Shown: positions 32,791-38,696 of the stretch, piece after piece | How the letters are laid out: each line of letters begins with the position of its first letter | Numbering within the stretch: position 1 is the stretch's first letter | From: Squatina squatina | Lineage: Eukaryota | DNA length: 38,696 bases | Direction: 5' to 3' | Assembly (NCBI GenBank): GCA_031763465.1 | Contig: JARFOE010000162.1 | Location: 9,245,060 to 9,283,755, forward strand | Notes under the pieces: generated by a model | The model's database searches: none | Told to the model about the DNA's origin: nothing | What the model saw: only the letters and a program-made list of their open reading frames with translations | Program-made: the position numbers and the translations under genes

Positions 32791-33610
32791 AATAGGATCA
32801 AAATTACCTATAAAAGCAACATTTTTGTTGAAGAAATGCTTTTCTTACGAGGTCTGTGCTTCCCAGACCCCAGTACTGTCAAGTGAACAATAAGACTGCA
32901 GTTCTCAAAAGGCAAACTTACAATTTCCATTCACACAAAGCCAGAAGCTGCAATTTGCAAGCTCCGTCCCTCCTCCTGAAAATCAGTGAGTACGAAAGCC
33001 CAGAGAAACCATGGTTAGGGGCAGTAACTGTACTTAGTATAAAACATCAGAACTATTGCTAATGAGGTAACTCTGCTGAAAGCAATAATATATAATATAT
33101 TCAAGGACCGCTCCGTATTTAGCAGATGCAGCACATTACATGTGACCAATGACTGCACCTTGAAACTGGTGTTATTCAATCTTTATAGTCTGTAAGACAG
33201 ATACCGAATGGTTATGTTTATCTTGGAACCCAAACAGCAACCAGCTAACAAACAATGGACAGTGGAAAGTCTGCGGCTGCGATACATTGTTCAAATTTAA
33301 GGGATGTTCTCAATTACTGACCCAAGTGTAAACTTGGCCATTTAAGCAAATCCACACCTCAATCAGATGGACAGTAAAGATCCCCCATGTTACATTACAG
33401 TTTGATTTATGTGAAGGGAACACATTTTTTCATCTCCTTCAGCTGGCTGAGAAAAACACCATTTTGCAGGAACACTTACTTCACTACTCCTAAGACTTCT
33501 TGTAAATCTCNNNNNNNNNNNNNNNNNNNNNNNNNNNNNNNNNNNNNNNNNNNNNNNNNNNNNNNNNNNNNNNNNNNNNNNNNNNNNNNNNNNNNNNNNN
33601 NNNNNNNNNN

Positions 33611-34425
33611 CTGCCTCCCCCCCGGGCCCGCTTCGCTTCACACAAACAGCCCGACTCTCACCTCACTTCCGGAATCGCTGACACACACACACACAGGAGG
33701 CAAGAGGCGCCGCCGCCGCCGCCGCCGCGCTCTCGGAGGACGGGCCCGGTCCTCCCAGCCGCTCCCATTCACCGCCAGCGCTCGGGAAGCCCGCCGGTTT
33801 GGCGCTGTCGCTGGGAGCGGGGGAGGCCTGGTGCGGGAGCCGGGGCCCAGGAGTCGGTGCGCCGCCGCCGTCCCTCTGCCGCCACCGTACGGTTCCCGGC
33901 GGAAACGGTTGTCAAAGCGAAAGGGAGTGCGCCCTGCTTGTGACGCCCTTGATTGGCGGTGGCGCCCAACCAATCGGCTGCGAGCGGGAGGGCGTGACGG
34001 GTCGGGCGGACCAATGGGCGGCGGAGCGTGGCCGGCGCGGACCAATGAGCGGGCGGGAGGCGGTACTTCCTGCCGAGCGGGGCGCGGGAGGCGGGCGGAG
34101 CGGCCATGGCGAAGACCTACGACTATCTCTTCAAGCTGCTGCTGATCGGCGACAGCGGCGTCGGCAAGACCTGCGTCCTTTTCCGCTTCTCCGAGGATGC
34201 CTTCAACACCACCTTCATCTCCACCATCGGTACGGCCCGGGGCCGGGGCGTGCGGCTGGTTCCGGGGTGCTGGGCCCAGGCTGGGTGGGAGAGGAGCGCG
34301 GGCTCCGGGGGGGAAAGAGGCCCGGGGCTCGAGTCGTTGCACTGGCCGGGCGGCCGCTCACCGGGTCCCCCGCCTCCTGAGCGCCCTGCCTCCGGGAGTT
34401 GGGGTGCTGGTGATTATTCCCGGGG
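33611..34425. promoter_or_regulatory. CpG island promoter of RAB8A (probably bidirectional)
   Basis: Very GC- and CpG-rich. CCAAT at 33970, 34011 and 34042, reverse ATTGG at 33952, GC boxes, TGACG half-CRE at 33941 and 33995, ETS-like ACTTCC at about 33665 and 34066, and a (CCG)n tract. Confidence 0.85.
34106..34229 (+). CDS. RAB8A: Ras-related protein Rab-8, coding exon 1 (RAB8A most likely)
   Basis: Kozak GCCATGG. Encodes [41 protein letters not shown]; 124-nt coding exon with gtacgg donor; P-loop GDSGVGKT. Confidence 0.85.
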
Positions 34426-36893
34426 NNNNNNNNNNNNNNNNNNNNNNNNNNNNNNNNNNNNNNNNNNNNNNNNNNNNNNNNNNNNNNNNNNNNNNNNNNN
34501 NNNNNNNNNNNNNNNNNNNNNNNNNCACTTTTAGTTGACGAGCAATGATTGACAGTTGTCACCTGCGTAGTGTTTTGAATGTGGAACAGGAGAGATTTGC
34601 AGAGTGGGTATACCAGCAGGTTTGCCTCTTGTTTGCTGCATTCTAAACTTCTGAGCCAGTCTCGAACTATTGCTGTATAAACTTAAGCAGCGGGTAGTAA
34701 ACTGTACCAGACTTTGCTGATAAAACCATTATTCTGAGCCCTTTAAGTTCAGGTATTGATGGAAGGATTTGTTTTGACGGTCCCACAAAACCAGAGTGTC
34801 GCTGTGATGCTGATGACGGACAAAAGAGAGAGGGTTTGAATTTTTAGTTGTTTTTAGTTACTAGAATGTTGTACAAGAAAGCAATGAAAGGCAACAGTTT
34901 CTGTTCCGATCTCTCCCTCCCCGACCCCCGTTCCCCAATATTTGAGGAGGGTGATGTATCCTTGTGTCAAACCACTGTTCCTAAACCAGAAAGGAAAACC
35001 AGGAATGAAGGGAAAAGATGGATATTCAGAGCCTTTTGAACAAAGTACTTGGAATTCTCTAATCCTAAAGGTTAAAATCCGACTTTGCCGCTACAGTGAG
35101 ATGTTCTGCGTGGTTACTACACAGACAGCAGTGAAGGAGGATGGAACAAAGGTGGCCAACCATTGATATCGCTGTGTACAACCGCCTGTGTGTTAACTGC
35201 ACCGTCTCCGTATCTGCAGCGGGCTAGTTTAACAGGTGCTGTGCACAGACAGACCCGAATGTCTTTCCTTGTGAAGTTTACTAAGCACTTTGTGTAGCTC
35301 AATGAGAGGAGGAGTGAGAACACTTCCCCCTTAAACTCTGCCAGAGAANNNNNNNNNNGAGAAACGAACCCATTATTGAAATGTGTCGGCCTTGTGCAAA
35401 TCATGTCACCTGTTCAAATACCCAGTTTGACTAGTTCACCAGAATCGCCTGCCGGGGGATGCACTATAAATACACAGCAGGTCCATCCCACCCAGTCAAA
35501 GATAGACTTGCATGGCCTCCCAGCCGAACCCGGCTAGTGTGCCCTGACATCAACAGGTGCACTTATTACTTTCCCTCTTTAACAGGAGTAACAGCCCTGC
35601 CACTGTGCTAACCGAGTGTAGCTNNNNNNNNNNTGACCCATGCCCAGGTTCTTCTGACCAATACCACACTGGGGACTGAGTAAAGCTTCCCTGAAGCTCT
35701 TCACAATTTGCAGATGAGCCTCTTGCCACTTTACTATTTTTTTTGGACAGTCCCCGAATAACTTTACAACTGTGTGACGGCGGGTGTTTCACACGTGTTT
35801 AGTTGGAAGGAAAAGATTATTTATTCACTTCACATGTGACGCCCTGTTTTGGGCTGATCATGGCCGCAGTCTCCAGAAACACACTGGCGCTGTCCTCAGG
35901 AAACGACCCTGAGCTCCACGACAGAAAGCGCCAAACTGCCTCGCCAATGAAAGCTGCCTCCAGCTCCCATCCATCTCATCATCCACCACCGCCCACTTCC
36001 ACTTGCAAAGTGCAGGTTTTATTCTATTTGTTTTAAAGTGTTATANNNNNNNNNNNNNNNNNNNNNNNNNNNNNNNNNNNNNNNNNNNNNNNNNNNNNNN
36101 NNNNNNNNNNNNNNNNNNNNNNNNNNNNNNNNNNNNNNNNNNNNNGTACGAACTCACATCAGACAATAATTGACTAGATTGCACACCGACGCAGCGCACT
36201 GAGGCTGGGCTTCTCACATTATTGTATAATTTACTGGGGATTTAGGACCTCTACTGATTTTTTTTAATGGACAAATGATTGCCGTACATAGGGTGTAATC
36301 AGCCTTTTTACATCGTGACTGCCAGATTCATTTGTTTGTTTTAAATCCTGTGTAACACTAAATGGTTTTGTATTGTTAATGTATAAGACTCTAATGACTG
36401 ACTGGGTTTAAACTGTGTTAGTGGCTGATTTAGAAGGCAAGAGATAAGATTACTCATTACACAAAATAAACCCGTCACCATTAAACTGCTTTCAATAAAA
36501 ACACTTGTTGGAATAAGTCGCTGAACAGGAGCTTGTGACTTGTTTGTGAAGAATCTAGTGCCTGGTGGGTGGCTGCGTCGGTTGTTCCCTGCTGATGCAC
36601 TCTACATACACCAGCAACACTCTGGATGCTGCCACTGCTGGTGATCCTGTAACTGACTGTCACCCAGATCAGCATCCAGGCCATGCATAGGCCTCTTCTT
36701 GGTCCAGCAGCTTCAACACATTNNNNNNNNNNNNNNNNNNNNNNNNNNNNNNNNNNNNNNNNNNNNNNNNNNNNNNNNNNNNNNNNNNNNNNNNNNNNNN
36801 NNNNNNNNNNNNNNNNNNNNNNTGTTTTTTTGAATATGGAATACTTATACTTGGGCAGATTGAAAATTTACTGAGTTATTTTTTTTCATGTAG

Positions 36894-36969
36894 CGGGGGT
36901 CTGACGAGCTTCTATCTGCTTGTGCTACTAACGGTCCCTTTATCATGAGCAACTCTACCCCCTCTGCTG
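36894..36969 (+). CDS. PTBP1: PTBP1 76-nt exon (alternative donor at 36978)
   Basis: tag acceptor. Encodes [25 protein letters not shown] versus human [25 protein letters not shown]. Confidence 0.92.
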
Positions 36970-37280
36970 GTGAATACAGTAAGTATATCTCCATTTTACT
37001 TGCTGTACTTTCTGCTCCATAAACTTGCACTAACAAGGAAAGAATTGGGAAGCTGGGAATGCTGACATTTGCAAGTGTTGGAAATGCACATCAGCTGAAT
37101 GATTTGTGGGGACTGGAAGCTGCTGTAGGTCCATATTATAACAAGTTAACTTTTGGACTTAACTGAAGAGAACTTTTGTTCTTGCTTTGTGTACATAGCA
37201 CAAGCTGTTCATTAATAGTGTGCATTCATGATGCCATGTTTGGAGAATGCTAGTGTCCTCACATTGTTAAACTTTTCTAG

Positions 37281-37424
37281 CCAATGGCAACGACAGCAAA
37301 AAGTTCAAAGGAGAGAACAGAGCTTCAGGAATAGTACCTTCCAGAGTCATTCACATCCGCAAACTTCCCAACGACATCACCGAAGCAGAGGTCATCTCCC
37401 TGGGCTTGCCTTTCGGCAAAGTAA
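37281..37424 (+). CDS. PTBP1: PTBP1 exon (NLS + start of RRM1), truncated by gap
   Basis: Encodes [47 protein letters not shown]. Confidence 0.95.
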
Positions 37425-38020
37425 NNNNNNNNNNNNNNNNNNNNNNNNNNNNNNNNNNNNNNNNNNNNNNNNNNNNNNNNNNNNNNNNNNNNNNNNNNNN
37501 NNNNNNNNNNNNNNNNNNNNNNNNNNNNNNNNNNNNNNNNNNNNNNNNNNNNNNNNNNNNNNNNNNNNNNNNNNNNNNNNNNNNNNNNNNNNNNNNNNNN
37601 NNNNNNNNNNNNNNNNNNNNNNNNNNNNNNNNNNNNNNNNNNNNNNNNNNNNNNNNNNNNNNNNNNNNNNNNNNNNNNNNNNNNNNNNNNNNNNNNNNNN
37701 NNNNNNNNNNNNNNNNNNNNNNNNNNNNNNNNNNNNNNNNNNNNNNNNNNNNNNNNNNNNNNNNNNNNNNNNNNNNNNNNNNNNNNNNNNNNNNNNNNNN
37801 NNNNNNNNNNNNNNNNNNNNNNNNNNNNNNNNNNNNNNNNNNNNNNNNNNNNNNNNNNNNNNNNNNNNNNNNNNNNNNNNNNNNNNNNNNNNNNNNNNNN
37901 NNNNNNNNNNNNNNNNNNNNNNNNNNNNNNNNNNNNNNNNNNNNNNNNNNNNNNNNNNNNNNNNNNNNNNNCTTACTGTTAGCATAATTTCAATTGACCA
38001 CTGAATCTCCAAATCTGCAG

Positions 38021-38167
38021 GCTTTTATAGAAATGAATACTGAAGAAGCTGCTAACACAATGGTGAGCTACTATAGTACAGTCACTCCCTATCTGAGGAG
38101 CCACCCTATCTACATCCAGTATTCGAACCACAAGGAGCTGAAAACTGACAACTCTCCTAATCAGGCC
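38021..38167 (+). CDS. PTBP1: PTBP1 147-nt exon (RRM1)
   Basis: Encodes [49 protein letters not shown]; [15 protein letters not shown] is PTBP1-diagnostic versus PTBP3 AFLEMASEEAAVTMV. Confidence 0.95.
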
Positions 38168-38674
38168 GTGAGTACTTTTTGTGCATCTAAAGATGTACCT
38201 GGATTATTACAAACTTGCATCAAGAGGCTCCATCTGTTAAATTCAGATGAAGTTTGGATTTGGGCTGGAGCTGATTTGATCCCTTTTCCAAGGCTATTGT
38301 TTTTTACTGGACATTAATAAGTAGTAGCAGCTCCAACATGAGAGCAGTGCATGGGTTTCAGGTATCTCAAGTGCCATTCTTTAGAGTTGAATGTAGAAGT
38401 GTTACGCCACTAGTGCTGCTTTTTGCTTTCCCCACAAACCTGTTTTTGCCTCTGCATCTCCTGCTCCCTGGGTAGGGTAGGGAGATGCATAGTATCAGAA
38501 CTCTCTGGAGGACAGGAGTTTGAGAGTGGAGTGACATCTGATCAGTTGGGAAGGTCCACTATCCTCCATGACTTGGATTTAGTGCGCACTGTGTATACCA
38601 AGTGAAGGATTGTACCCTGAGCAGCAATGTGCATGCTGTATTGTGGCTTGATTTCCTGTTTGATTCCTTTTCAG

Positions 38675-38696
38675 AGAGCACAAGCAGCTCTTCAGG
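38675..38696 (+). CDS. PTBP1: PTBP1 next exon start (cut by window end)
   Basis: ttttcag acceptor followed by RAQAALQ. Confidence 0.88.

Noticed and set aside
33387-34380. Long Arg/Pro/Gly-rich ORFs (252, 234 and 193 aa)
   Set aside because: Stop-codon scarcity in the CpG island. Only the RAB8 frame has homology.
36481-36722. Minus-strand ORF next to a gap
   Set aside because: No recognisable homology or splice signals; probably UTR or intron.
37228-38012. 193-258-aa ORFs
   Set aside because: Artefacts of translating through the 546-N gap.

Overview
Vertebrate genomic DNA, very probably from a cartilaginous fish (shark-type DeuSINE/SacSINE1-like SINEs, CR1 and L2 LINEs, Penelope-like termini, shark-type C2H2 ZNF exon). 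The window is not contiguous. It consists of short contigs (mostly 0.5-2.5 kb) joined by about 32 gaps of about 100 N, plus a few sized gaps, and many contigs centre on a single conserved exon. Genes therefore appear as ordered but incomplete exon series, and true distances are unknown. Recognised exons: EAPP (2), a divergent BCL2L1-like terminal exon, PLTP (2), PCIF1 (7, including the NPPF catalytic motif), UBE2C (2), TTLL9 (1), SYCP2 (3-4), two oppositely oriented LPL/LIPG/LIPC-family lipase exon-6 paralogs, a C2H2 ZNF, a divergent Arkadia-family (RNF111/RNF165-like) exon, RAB8A exon 1 in a CpG-island promoter, and PTBP1 (4). Gene content switches from human-20q-like to human-19p13-like at about 22-25 kb. 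Best leads: (1) a possible ohnolog block lost from mammals (twin lipases + third Arkadia paralog + RAB8A/PTBP1), (2) a minimal hammerhead ribozyme in a Penelope-like terminus, (3) a divergent spliced transcript from the RAB8A promoter, and (4) a +9-nt in-frame alternative donor in PTBP1. All homology calls come from my recollection of the protein families, not from database searches.
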